Shown: in pieces, positions 41,368 through 53,990 of the stretch | Numbering within the stretch: position 1 is the stretch's first letter | Layout: each line of letters begins with the position of its first letter | Source: Eledone cirrhosa | Taxonomy: Eukaryota | DNA: 64,000 nucleotides | Assembly (NCBI GenBank): GCA_964016885.1 | Contig: OZ024742.1 | Span: forward strand, 239,754,001 to 239,818,000 | Reading direction: 5' to 3' | Made by a program: the position numbers and the translations under genes | Notes under the pieces: generated by a model | The model's database searches: none | What the model was told of the DNA's origin: nothing | Seen by the model: the letters and a program-made list of their open reading frames with translations, nothing else

Positions 41368-43396
41368 TCTAAATAGAACTACTGTGACAGTAATATCTGC
41401 ATACGCGCCCCAATCCGGACTGCCTGGCGCTATAAAAGACAGATTCTATGAGACACTGATGCTCACTACCTCCCAAATAACCGACAGTGACTATATAATT
41501 ATTGCTGGCGACCTAAATGGCCACGTTGGACAACATTGTGACGGCTATGACGGAATCCACGGAGGCTATGGGTTTGGTACTAGAAACGAGGAAGGCTCCA
41601 GAATCCTGGAATTCTGTGATGCAAATAACCTAACTATCTGTAACACTAACTTCAAAAAACGAGACAATCACTTGATCACCTACAGATCAGGGGAACATAC
41701 CAGCCAGGTAGATTATATCCTTACCAGAAGACGTGACAGAGTGTCTGTTGTAAACACTATATCCCTCCCCCATGAAGAATGCACCTCCCAACATAGACTG
41801 ATAATTAGCGACCTCATAGTCAGGACGAGACGTACTAGACAGCAGAAGAGGACTATCCTCAGGAGAAAAATATGGAAGCTAAAGGACTCCACAGCCAGAA
41901 ATAAATTTAAAAGCATATTACTTGATGCTTTCGACAGTAAGGAAGAGCAATTAGAGTCGTACAATATAGAGGAACAGTGGGAATTCCTGAAAGCAAACCT
42001 GCTGATGGCGGCGGACAAAGTCTGTGGCTGGAGCAGGCCTGTAGGCAGGAGGAGAATAACATGGTGGTGGAACAGTAAGGTGGAGGAGTCAATTAAGGCC
42101 AAAAAGCAGGCTTGGAAAGTATGGCGGGATGGGGGAAGTAGAGAAGACTATCAAGTGGCCAGGAGGGAAGCTAGGAGACAAGTGTACTTAGCAAGAAGGG
42201 AAGCAGAGGAAAGAAAGTTCAAGCATGTTCTACAACGCGAGGACCAAAAACGTGAGGTGTTCAGGATTGCTAGGCAATGTGTCAAGGAAAACCGTGATAT
42301 TGTCGGGGAGAAGTGTGTATTTAATGATGATGGCATACTTGCCATCACTGACGCTGATAAGAAGGTAGCTTGGAAGTGTCACTACGAAAGGCTACTAAAT
42401 GAGGAGAATAAATGGGAGAAAGACAGTCTCCCCCACATCGACCCAATAGAGGGACCAGCAGTGTTAGTCGTTCCATTATCTGATGGGCTCTTAGAAAACT
42501 AGGTGTTGATGAATGGCTTGTGAGAGCTATACAAGCCATGTATAAAGAAACAGTCAGCAAGGTTAGAATTAACAACGAATATAGTGAAGAGTTTAGCGTA
42601 GAAGTTGGTGTTCATCAGGGCTCTGTTCTTAGCCCCCTACTATTTATTATTGCCCTTCAGGCTATAACAGTGGAGTTCAAGACCGGCTGCCCATGGGAAC
42701 TCCTATACGCAGATGATCTAACGCTCATAGCTGAATCAATGGCCGAGCTAGAGAAGGAATTCCAAACATGGAAGCATGGCCTAGAATCAAAAGGCCTTAA
42801 AATTAACCTGGCTAAGACTAAAGTTCTAGTTTGTAGGAAAGAAAATAAGGCGCCGGTCCCTTCCGGGAAATGGCCATGCTCGGTGTGTAGGAAAGGCGTA
42901 GGTAGAAACTCCATTTTATGTCCCAAAAGCAAAGTATGGGTGCATAAAAGATGTAGTGGGATCACAGGTAAGCTAACTAAGAACATAGATTTTACATGTG
43001 GCCGGTGCTCTGGTGCAATAAGTAGCAGCAAGTGCCCACAAATACTAGCTCTTTCAATTGCGCAGATGGTTCTATAGAAATAGTGGACAGCTTCCGTTAC
43101 CTGGGTGACAAAATCAGCAGTGGGGGAGGGTGCTCTGAAAGTACAGTAGCTAGAGTCAGAACTGGATGGAAAAAGTTCAGAGAGCTTATACCACTATTAG
43201 CCGCTAAAGGGTTCTCCCTAAAAATGAAAGGCAGGCTGTATGATGCCTGCATACGAACAGCCATGTTGCATGGCAGTGAGACCTGGGCATTGTGTGCAGA
43301 GGATATACGCAGACTAGAGTGGGAAAACTCCCGTCCAAACCATGCAAGCATGGAACATTGACGTTAAACGATGATGATGATGATGATGATGATGAT
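41368..43396 (+). mobile_element. RTE-clade LINE, internally deleted (APE endonuclease C-terminus, partial RT, PHD-like finger, 3' tail)
   Basis: ISAYAPQ, GDLNGHVG, SQVDYIL, SQHRL (APE); GVHQGSVLSPLLF, YADD, FRYLG (RT); deletions near 42477 and 43320; catgcaagcatgg...(GAT)n tail. Confidence 0.93.
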
Positions 43397-44335
43397 ACAT
43401 TCACCACTGCCATATACATAGATGTGTATATAGGTACATACAGCTCTGCCATATATATAGCTGTTTTTATATACAGATACATCACTATCATATATATATA
43501 TATATAATGTATGTATGTATGTATATAAACACATACATCAGTCATATACACATATCAGTGTATGTCCATTTGTTCTGACAATGAGTTTTCTAGTTGTTTG
43601 ATCAATGGAATATTCAGCTTGTGAAATTTACATGCAAGTGGCTGTGCATTTAACAGGCATGTGTACCCTTCATACCAGGAGTGGTGACTAGGAGATAGTA
43701 TTGTTTCCTAGGTCTGATTTGACAAGTTTCCCCCCACTCAGTAAGCAAATGAAATCAGGGAACTTTATTGATACTTTATGTAATTCTCTGGAGGATTAAG
43801 CATGATACAGTGTGTGACAAAAATGGCCCCTTGAATGACAGGTGCAGAATGGGCTAGAGCAACGTTAAATTAAGTGCCTTGCTCAAGGACACAATGTGCT
43901 GCTGGGCATCAAACTCACAACCTTACAATCATGAATAATAATGTTTGTATAAACACAAATACATGCTGCTTTTTAGTTATTTCATCAGATGAAAAAGTTT
44001 TTAGGAGAGTTTCATGTTTTTTTGTATTTTTTTTCAAAAGTAAGAATACAATAATACATTGAACTAATAAAAACACAAAATTGTAAGAAATACATTTTAA
44101 AATGATAATAAATAAATATAATATATATATATATATAAGGTAATAAATTGGAAGTAAATTTAGAGAGATGAGGTAGAAAGCAAAATGTGGGAGGAGGAAG
44201 AAAAGAAAAGAAACTTTCCCACATTTTGCTTTCTACTTCATATCTCTCTCAATTCCTGTCCAACTCATTAACCTGGTAATTCTAATCCACTTGCATTGTA
44301 CAGCATTCTAAACATACACACTTTTCATTTTCATA

Positions 44336-46965
44336 TTCCACAATGCTTCAAGCAAACAATCACAAAGTCTTGTCAATGACCTCACGGTCAGAACTAGACG
44401 AACCTGGAAACAGAAGCCAACCTGGAGAAGAAAGCTCTGGTAGCTGAAAGACCCCTCAGCCAGTAACAGATTTAAAGATATTTTAATCAACGCCTATGAC
44501 AGTAAAGAAGAACAGATAGAGACATTCAATGTAGAAGAGCACTGAGAGTTCCTAAAAAATAACTTACTAAAGGCGACGGAAGAGATCTGTGGCTGGAGTA
44601 AGACCACAGGCAGGAGGAGAGTGACTTGGTGGTGGAACAATAAGGTAGATGAGGCAGTTAAGGCCAAGAGACAGGCATGGAAAGAATGGAAGAACGGGAG
44701 AAGCAGGGTACATTACATAGAGACCAGGAGGGAAGCTAGGCGACCAGTATACTTAGCTAGGAGGGAAGCAGAGGATAGAAAACTCAAGCATGTTTTGCAA
44801 CGTGGGGACCAGAAACAGGAGGTGTTCAAGATTGCGAGGCAGTATGTCAGAGAGAATTGTGATGTCATTGGAGAGAAGTGTATCCGGAATGATAAAAGTG
44901 AGCTTGCCCTCACAAGTGCTGAGAAGAAAGATGCGTGGAAGAGCTATTATGATAGATTACTAAATCAGGAGAATGCATGGGAAGAAGAGACTCTACTCCA
45001 AGTAGACCCTATAGATGGGCCAGCAGTACAAGTCAGCAGCAGCGTAGTAAGTAAAGCAATCAAAGATATAAAGACGGGGAAGGCAACCGGTCCATCAAGT
45101 ATAGCTGCCGAGATGCTGAAGGCATCTGGGTCGGTAGGTCATGCCATAACCACATGTATTGTTAACCATGTAATACTAGAAGGTGTCATACCAAAGGATT
45201 GGTGCAGTAGCATCAACAAAGGTAAAGGTGATGCACTAGATAGAGGAAACTATAGAGGTATAAAGCTGATGGACCAGGTCATGAAAGTAACAGAAAGAGT
45301 TATAGCACAGTTGATTAGGGACCGAGTGAAACTAGATGAGATGCAATTTGGGTTTGTGCCAGGAAGAGGCACCACTGATGCCCTCTTCCTTATGAGGCAG
45401 TTACAGGAAAAGTACCTAGCTAAAAGTAAGCCATTCTATCTGGCATTCATCGATCTCGAGAAAGCCTTTGAGTCGGCTCTTAGAAAACTAGGAGTAGATG
45501 AATGGCTTGTGAAAGCTGTACAAGCCATGTATAGGGGAGCAGTCAGCAAAGTTAGGATTAGCAATGAGTATAGCAAGGAATTTAGCGTACAGGTCGGTGT
45601 CCACCAGGGCTCTGTTCTTAGCCCTCTCCTGTTCATCATAGTCCTGCAGGCAATAACGGAGGAGTTTAAGACCGGATGCCCATGGGAACTCCTGTATGCT
45701 GATGACCTCACACTTATAGCTGAATCTATGGTAGAACTAGAGAAGAAATTCCAAACTTGGAAGCAGGGACTAGAAAGAAAGGGTCTCAAAGTCAACCTGA
45801 CAAAGACTAAGGTCCTTGTAAGTAGACGAGAAAACAGAACCCAGATCCCCTCAGGGAAATGGCCTTGCTCAGTATATAGGAAAGTTGTAGGTAGGAACTC
45901 CATTCTCTGCCCCAGATGCAAACAATGGGTACACAAGAGATGTAGCGGGATCTCAGGAAGCTTAACTAAGAATGTAGGCTTCACATGTAGCAGCTGTGCT
46001 GGGACAGCTAGTAGCAAACAGCCACAGGAAACAAGTACCACCAAACTCTGGGAGGGCTCTGTAGAAACAGTAGACAGCTTCTGCTACCTAGGTGACCGAA
46101 TTAGCAGCGGAGGTGCGTGTTCGGAAAGTACAATAATTAGGGTAAGAACGGAATGGAAGAAGTTCAGAGAGCTACTGTCACTGCTAGCTGCAAAAGGCTT
46201 TTCCCTCAAAATGAAAGGCAGACTGTACGATGCGTGTATACGAACAGCAATGTTACTTGGTAGTGACACCTGGGCGCTGTCTGTGGAAGACTTGCGTAGA
46301 TTAGAAAGAAACGAAGCCTGCATGCTCCGATGGATGTGTAATAGTAATATACGCGAATGGCAAAGCATAAATGAATTGAGAGAGAGACTGAGCATAAGAG
46401 GAATCAAATGATGTGTGCAGGAGAGGCGGTTGCATTGGTATGGACATGTGATGTGTATGAAGGATGACAGCTGTATAAAAAGGTGCAGAGCACTAGAAAC
46501 CGCGGAGTGGGGAGACCCAAGAAGACCTGGGATGAGGTGATAAAAGCCGACCTTACCCAATTACACCTCTCAAAGGCGATGACACATGCCGTGACTTCTG
46601 GCGTCACACAGTAATACAGAGTATTACATGGTTACAAGCTGAAGCATATAGACAATATGCCCCCACACCCTCCCACTGCAAGGTGGTCGTGGAAGTGCCA
46701 CGGCAAAAAAGCACCCAGCCCACACTGTAAAGTGGACATGTAGGCGCCACGGAAAAAGCACTTGAAGTGCCACGGCAAAAAAGCACCCAACACTCACTGT
46801 AAATGAGGTTGGTGTTAGAAAGGGCATCCAGCTGTAGAAATCAAGCCAGAATCAGTTCCCGTATGAGCAAGACAAGGTCAGCCGACTGGACACTGCCCAC
46901 AACAGGATAACACGTCTAACGCATGCTAGCGTGGAAGAACGGACGTAAAACAGTGATGATGATGA
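44336..46965 (+). mobile_element. RTE-clade LINE, 5'-truncated; 596-aa RT ORF with small deletions, 3'UTR and (GAT)n tail
   Basis: NYRGIKL, QFGFVPGRGTTDA, FIDLEKAF, QGSVLSP, YADD, FCYLG; 3'UTR with tandem gtgccacggcaaaaaagcaccca units. Confidence 0.95.
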
Positions 46966-47045
46966 TTACATATTAGTTTAACAATGATAATAACGAAGGC
47001 AAGTTATTTTACGTATTTCATTCATTGTTTTTTTATTTATATATA

Positions 47046-47456
47046 TAGGCTTTAAAGAAGAATTACAAAAGATTTCACTCAATTCAAAACATATTTTTCT
47101 ACGATCGTTTCAATTTGTGGTTTCTCTTCGGAATGTTTTAACTGAAACATATTTTTCTTAAGGTGTAATCTAGTTTGTTGTATTATGAAGGAATCCACTG
47201 TTTGTTTTATTCATATTCCTTTACTTATATTTTCATTAACTCCTTTTTTTATATAAAGGGACTTTTTAACTTTTTTAATCAATTGATTTTCTTGGTGTGA
47301 TTTTTAAGGATGAATTTATCTGTAATCTTTATGATTATAATAGCATTAATATATCTAATTAACCATATAATTTTGAATTAATTATAAATTTAACTTCAAA
47401 AAAAATAAATATTTTGAATTGGGTGAAATCTTTGGTTATTTTTCTTTAAAGCCTAT
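47046..47456 (-). mobile_element. About 410-bp element with about 50-bp terminal inverted repeats and a degenerate hammerhead (Penelope-like remnant)
   Basis: taggctttaaagaa...ttcaaaacatattt versus aaatattttgaa...ttctttaaagccta; minus strand CCGAAGA...GAAACGATCGTA near 47098-47135. Confidence 0.45.
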
Positions 47457-47985
47457 TCTATGCTTTGTAGCACTACCTATCTCCAATGGTTCAGATCTTA
47501 CCCCTTGGATTTTAACCTTGGATTCATTTGACTGATATGATTACTGATAATAACAATAATACATTGAGCTTCAATTCATTTGAGTAAATATAACTAAAGT
47601 GGATATCTCCATTTATAAAAATTCCTTTTTGTGTGTATGTGTATGTATATGTGTGCGCATGTGTTTATATATATATATATATATATATAAAGGGTAAAGA
47701 CCCCCTTCAGTCATTAATGACCATGGGATTTGCACCTAGAAAGTTCTCTTTCAAGGTAAACATCCAGGCAAGGTTGTTTTATGGAAGACCAGCAGTCGCC
47801 CATCCATACCAATCTCCCCTCCCCACACCACTGATGTTGCCCAAGGAAAGGCAATGGCCAATACAGCTTGGCACCAGTGATGTCACAACTCATTTCTACA
47901 GCTAAGTAAGCTGGAGCAACATGAAATAAAGTGTCTTGCCCAAGAACACAACCTCACAATTGCAAGCCCAATGCTCTAACTACTA

Positions 47986-48846
47986 CAGGGTGCGGACAAT
48001 ATTTGTTCGAAATTTTCAACTGCTAATTTTATGCAATTTTTTTTTTACTTCCGTTGTCACTTTTGTCTTCATAAAAACAGTGACTATATTTCCATTATTT
48101 ATTTTCAGAATAATTGATTATGAATAATTTTGAACCTCCAAATTTGTGGAAGAGACACGGAGTTCTTCTTGGAATCCGCGCCGGGAGGACAAATAAGGAA
48201 ATTTCAGACTTTCTCAGTATCATCCAAAGACAAGCCCAGCGTCATGCAGACAAAGTTTCCAGTTGGTCTTAGGTGTCGTCAGCAGTCAAGGTGACGTCAT
48301 GCCACCTCACTTCTTTCCTGAGGGCCTCAAGCTGAACACCGATGGCTACATCCGCGTTCTGAGTGAGGTAGTAAAGCCCTGGATCAACCAGGTAGCTGCA
48401 GGTAGGCCGTACGTGTGGCAGCAAGACTCAGCCCTGCCATACTAGTCCAAAGACCCAAGCCTGGCTGTCAGAGAACTTCGTCGACCACACTTCACCTGAC
48501 ATCTGGCCTCCCAACTCGCTTGACTGCAACCCCCTCGACTTCTTTGTGTGGGGCGCAGTGGAACGAGACACCAACAGATTTAGCTGCAATACGAAAGACG
48601 ATCTGAAGGCCAGGATCACAAGTGCCTTTAGGGACCTAAGTCGGGGGACTGACGAAGGCCTGTAGCCAGTTCCGAGGCTGCCTTGAGGCTGTCATCAAAG
48701 CCAATGGCGGGTTTATCGAGTGAGATCAAAAGAACAAGTCATGAAGACAAACTGAACCAAGTTTGATAAATATATCTTAAAAATAAAACTACTGTGTTAT
48801 TTTTTCCTAGACAGTAATCTTGCGAACAAATATCGTTCGCACCCTG
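47986..48846 (+). mobile_element. Internally deleted DD37D (maT) transposon, copy 2
   Basis: Same TIRs and TA flanks, high similarity to copy 1, frameshifted; abuts a SINE fragment on the left. Confidence 0.93.
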
Positions 48847-49059
48847 TATATATGCTGCAAACTCACAACTGACACACTCATCAATAACAGAAAATATGAA
48901 GCAGTTTTCTGAAGAGAAAGGAAAAAAACAGCAGTCATTTTCTTCTTTACCATGAATATCTTAATAACAAGTGAAACCTGTAGATTTTAAAGTTTCATGA
49001 GGAATGTGAACAGTGTCCTTTTTTTTAAAATGAGGATCCAATATTTTCTCCTCCTCCGC

Positions 49060-49880
49060 ATCATCATTTTTACGTCCGTTCATCCATGCTTGCATGGGTT
49101 GGACTGGTCCTTCCCAGCACAGCATCATTCCACTTGCCATCTTTCTTTGTTATCTCCTCTGTGAGTCTCAGCGATTTGAGGTCAGCTCACCTCTATTCTC
49201 ACTTTGCTGACAGCTCTTCTGTACAGCTCTCACAACCTAATTTCCTTAAGGATCACCAGATAATGGATCAAGGTACTCTGTCAAAGGCCTTTTCTAGATC
49301 AACAAAAGCTAAATATAGTGGCTCATTCTTGGCTAGGAATTTCTCTTGCAGTTGCCTCATTAGGAAAAAAAGCATCTGTAGTATTTTTTCTAGGTGCGAA
49401 ACCAAACTGCAACTTGTCTAATTTGATTTTTCCATCATTTTCATAACTTGGTCCATTAGTTTTATTCCTCTATAGTTGCTCCTCTCTAGGGCATCCCCTT
49501 TGCACTTGTAGCAATTTATAATTGTACTGCTACACCAGTCATTGGGTATGACTCTGTCCTGTATTACCGGATTGACTATGTAGGTTACTAGTTTGACTAC
49601 TACTTCTCTTGATACTTTTAGCATCTCAGCAACTATCTCAGATGGTCCCTGCAGCTTTATCATTCTTCATCATTTTGGTTGCATCTTGGACCCTATAACT
49701 GTCAACTTCAGTAGCTGGTCCTTCTGTTGGGTAAGTTGTGGGTAGTCTCTCTCTCTTCCTCCCATTCATTCTCTACATTCAATCTCTCATAGTAACATTT
49801 CCAGGCCACTTTCTTTTGGGCATCAATGGTGCTAAATACATCAGCATCATTTCTAACACATGTCCCCCCAACATCTTGTT
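49060..49880 (-). mobile_element. Degenerate copy of the same RTE LINE family in opposite orientation
   Basis: Minus strand IVAEMLK...DWCSSTIINCYKCKGDALERSNYRGIKLMDQVMK; catgcttgcatgg/gatgat tail near 49060-49100. Confidence 0.85.
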
Positions 49881-49965
49881 TGTTTTTAATATATGTTGAC
49901 TCATGTAGAAATTCAGACCTTTTCTAAATAATTAGGTACATGCCATCAATGTCAAATATTTTTTA

Positions 49966-50823
49966 TACCAAGGTTTGTCAAAAAAGAATCCCGCCCTAAG
50001 CTGGATGGAAAAAAAACCCCTATTTAATAGGGTTCAGTTGCTAGTCTCCTTCAAAGTACCCCTTGTACCTTCACACTTAGCCCAGCGATACTTCCACTAT
50101 TCAAAGCATGCCTAGAATGTGTCTTCCTGAATGGTTCATCAGCCTCATGATATCCTCTCAGCTCTCAAAGCAGGTGCCTTTCAGTGGCATCTACATCTTT
50201 GGGAACAATCAGGTGCCAGAAAGAGCATGTCTGGAGAGTAGGAAGCCTGACAAATGAACAAGATACCTTTCTTTGCCAAGAAACCTTGGATCAGCTACAG
50301 CAAATGTGCCATGGTGTTGTCATGGTGCAGTTACTAGTTTTGTGAAGCCAAACTGTATCACAAAGAGTTCTTGATAATACACCTTTGTAATTGCTTGTCC
50401 TTCTCATGTGTAATCATGATGCACAATACCTTCCTTGGTAGTCAAAGAAAACAGTCAGCATCACTTTTTACTCCACACCCGACATGCTTTTTGGAGCCTT
50501 AACAACATTGAATGCTTCCACTGTGATGATTGAGCATTGTTTTCCAGGTCATACCTGTCCATTTGTATCTTATCTCCAGTTATCACAATATTCAAGAACT
50601 CAAGATCCTTGCAGGCAGTATCAGGCAAAATATAGATGAAACAACTAAGTAGTATAGTGCCTTACACACATAGTGCCTTACACACTGGCTGCCTGACAGC
50701 AAACTTGCCCCCCATATCTGTATAAATGTGTGCAGCTTCACTCTACACACTTTATCTCCCTAACATCTTTATTTCCAACAAGAAAAAAAGGTAGATTCGT
50801 TTTTTTTTTTAATAGACCTCATA
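49966..50823 (-). mobile_element. Degenerate mariner-type transposon remnant
   Basis: Minus strand ...WKYRWAKCEG...YFEGD-like C-terminus near 50045-50110; imperfect TIRs taccaaggtttgtcaaaaaag and tttttaatagacctcata. Confidence 0.65.
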
Positions 50824-50857
50824 TTTTACACAATGGTAAACAAAAGCTTTTTCTTAC

Positions 50858-50984
50858 CTTAGTGGGATCCTCTACAAGGGCCTGCTCCCTTCCACGTTGT
50901 TGCCTCCGTGAGACAGTGTCCTCCCCGGTTCCCTGAATTACAACATTTGGGGGCATAGGAGGATATTGACTGCCAATGGCTGCC
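50858..50984 (-). CDS. PPFIA: Liprin-alpha exon (127 nt, phase 2-0): AAIGSQYPPMPPNVVIQGTGEDTVSRRQQRGREQALVEDPTK
   Basis: ttaacag|G...AAG|gtaag; the end resembles vertebrate RRPQKGRLAALRDEPSK, which precedes VQTLNEQDWE. Confidence 0.88.
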
Positions 50985-51589
50985 CTGTTAAAAAACACAA
51001 ATAGAATCCAATTAAGAAATACATATATTCTAAAGCTACACCAACAACTGTTTTAACACTTAACATACTGTAATGACCAAATCATGAATATCTAAAATGA
51101 AATGTTTATAGTGTCTTTATTTAAAGACAGATTGCTGAAAAAATATCCTGTGTTAGAGTAAAGACTTTGATTTTTAGTGTGCTGCAGTCATAGTGATGTT
51201 TTCCTAATGCAGTTTCACATGGTTTGTTATTTGAAATGTTTATAGTATCTTTATTAGTGGACAGATTGTTGTGGAAATGTGCAGTGTAAAGACTTTGATT
51301 TGTAATGTGATGCAGTCATAGTGTTGTTTTGTACTTTTCAACTGTTTTCCTAATGCAGTTTCATGTGGTTTGTTATTTCAAATGTTTATAGTATCTTTAT
51401 TAGTGGACAGATAGTTTTGAAAATATGCAGTATATTCTAAAGCTGAAATGGCATTTTAAATCTAATTCTCTAATGGCCATCAATATAATGAAGGAAACCG
51501 CATGAAAATAAGGGGAAGAGGAGATATAAATACAAGAGATAAGAAAACTAGGAATCAGCTCCTTTTTAAAAACTGTTTAGTTTAAAAAG

Positions 51590-51950
51590 GAGCTGATCAT
51601 CAGATCAGACCAAGAAACAACACTTCCATTGGTTTTTCCAATGCTGATACTATCTGTTAGTCACAACTCCTGGCAGAAGAAAGGAGCCAGTCATCAGATC
51701 AGATCAAGGAAACAATGTTTCTATTGTTTTTTTTTTCATTGCTGATACTATTTGCCAGTCACAACACCTGGTAGAAGAAGTTGATCATAAGATCAGACCA
51801 AGGAAACAATGTTTCCATTGGTGATACTATCTGTCAGTCACAACTCCTGGTAAGGAGCCGATCATCAGTTCAGACCAAGGAAACAATGTTTCCATTGTTT
51901 TTTTTCATTTCTGACACTATCTGCTGGTTACAATTCTTGCCAGAAGGAGG
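51590..51950 (+). repeat. Tandem array of about 4 diverged 75-100-bp units
   Basis: Repeated gatcatcagatcagaccaaggaaacaatgtttccattg...gatactatctgtcagtcacaactcctgg; dispersed monomers at about 26500 and (inverted) 63065-63145. Confidence 0.8.
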
Positions 51951-52626
51951 TGGAATTCTCCCAGTGACAGATAAAATAGCACAACACATCCCATCTGACT
52001 CTACTCTTTAACAATACCTCCAATCTTCCACTCTTAGATGAAAGGATGAAGGATAAGTTGACTTCAATGGCATTTAAACTCAGAGGAGTACAAGTGCCAA
52101 GTTAAATCTGATTCCCTAACAACTCTGCTAATAGGTTAGTAAAATGTCAATTACTGGATTATTTATTAAAATTGTAGTTCAGAAAGGGTTTGAAACACCC
52201 AAAATAATAAACTAAAATAAAAAACAAAGATAAAGGACCATTAACTCCTAATGGAGATATAGGGGTTCTATTCAGACACATGGTGCATTTTGGGCATTTA
52301 AAATCTGGTAGAGCCTATCCCTTTCCCAGTCGAAATATAACCAATTATGAGATGGGTAGAGGGAAGGAGAGAAAGTGATAAAGAGGTATACAAAAACCAA
52401 TTTCAGTATTGAACAGTTGCTAAATTTTATAGACCTCTCAAAAGTATGAAAGCAATGTTGACCTTGGTGGGATTTTAACAAATACCAAGGCATTTTTAAT
52501 CTGATGCCCATAATAACTCTGCCAAATTCCTTCCTTCTCAAAATAACAATAATGCAATACACACAAACAGGGAGATCAAAGCCAACTGACTGGATATTTA
52601 GGTCAAACACCACAAAGAAAAATAAT

Positions 52627-52801
52627 TGTTTCTACGTTTGGCATAAGGCCAGCAATTACCCAGTGCATTACTGGTACTTTATTTTATCGACCCCGTAAGG
52701 ATGAAAGACAAAGTTAACCTAGGCGAGATTTGAACTCAGAATGGCAAGGGCCCTAACTCTATACGTCAAAGCATGGCGTCCGACCCTCTACCGATACTGC
52801 C
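52627..52801 (-). mobile_element. SINE family A copy
   Basis: Same body; TSD caaagaaaaataat. Confidence 0.88.
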
Positions 52802-53990
52802 AAAGAAAAATAATGTCTTCTAATTGATGTATCAATCCCCACAACAATATATCTACCAAAGAAATGGAGAAATTATCCAAATATAAAGATCTAGAGATAG
52901 ATATAAACTGAATGGAGATGATCAAAACAAAAAACAATACCTATAATAATTATTGTGCTGTGGGAATAATAATAAAAAACACACAGATACATAAAGAAAA
53001 ACCCGAGGGCTTACAAATATATAGAGTATGCAAAAAAATAGCACTACTAGGCACAGCACACATATTACAACAAGTACTCTCAATATAATAGAAACAACAC
53101 TACCAAAAAATAAACTGCACATACACTGTGCTTGGTAATGTAATGAAGATGCACAATAAAAATAAGACTAATAATAATGATAATAATAATTGTGGCCAAT
53201 AAACAAATTATTATTATTATTATTATTATAAAAATGTTTCTGTCTAAGGCCTTTTAATAGGATAATGATGTCAATGATGTATACACTTGGTAATAAGATT
53301 AGTAGTCAGAGAGTAAACAGCAAAGTAATGATGCCAGTCAACATTTGTTTGGGAATGGCAAATGAATTAGAGAATATGAGAAATTGGTTGTTGTTGGATC
53401 CCTGTCATTTCCTTCAAATGTCCATGTTGTTCGACCAATGGAATAGCTTGCTCATGAAATTACATTCCACAGACATGTACCTTAACCTTTTAGTATTTAA
53501 ACCAGCTGTATCCGGCTTGAATTTTCTCACCTCTTTCTGTTCAAAACCAGCTGTAACCGGCTGCTCACACTGATGTTAAGGTTTTGTTCTCAAAATGAAT
53601 AATATCAAAATCTCATAGATTCGATATTATGGGAGATATTTATGTGAGGTGATGCCTTTACCACAAAAATATAATAGTATATATAGAGCAATGTAAATGA
53701 AACAGGGTTAAATGTCATCGTCAGGGAGACGATGCATTATACAGTGTGTAATAAGGCTTATCTATTGAATTACTGGGGCAACTCGTCTTCATCCAAATGG
53801 ACTAGAGCAATGTGATATAAAGAGAATTGAATTCATGACCTTACAATTGCGAGCAAAACACTGTAACCATTAAACCTCACACCTTCATGCATTGAAGGTA
53901 CAGTAGTAAAGTCTTCCAGGTAAAATAAATGGAACATTGTTGGTTTTGGTGATGTATAACCAGAGATGTAACAATTGGACAGAATCAGTG

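Noticed and set aside
45436-46044. Long antisense ORFs over LINEs and transposons (e.g. 202 aa)
   Set aside because: Shadow ORFs on the reverse strand of RT or transposase coding sequence.
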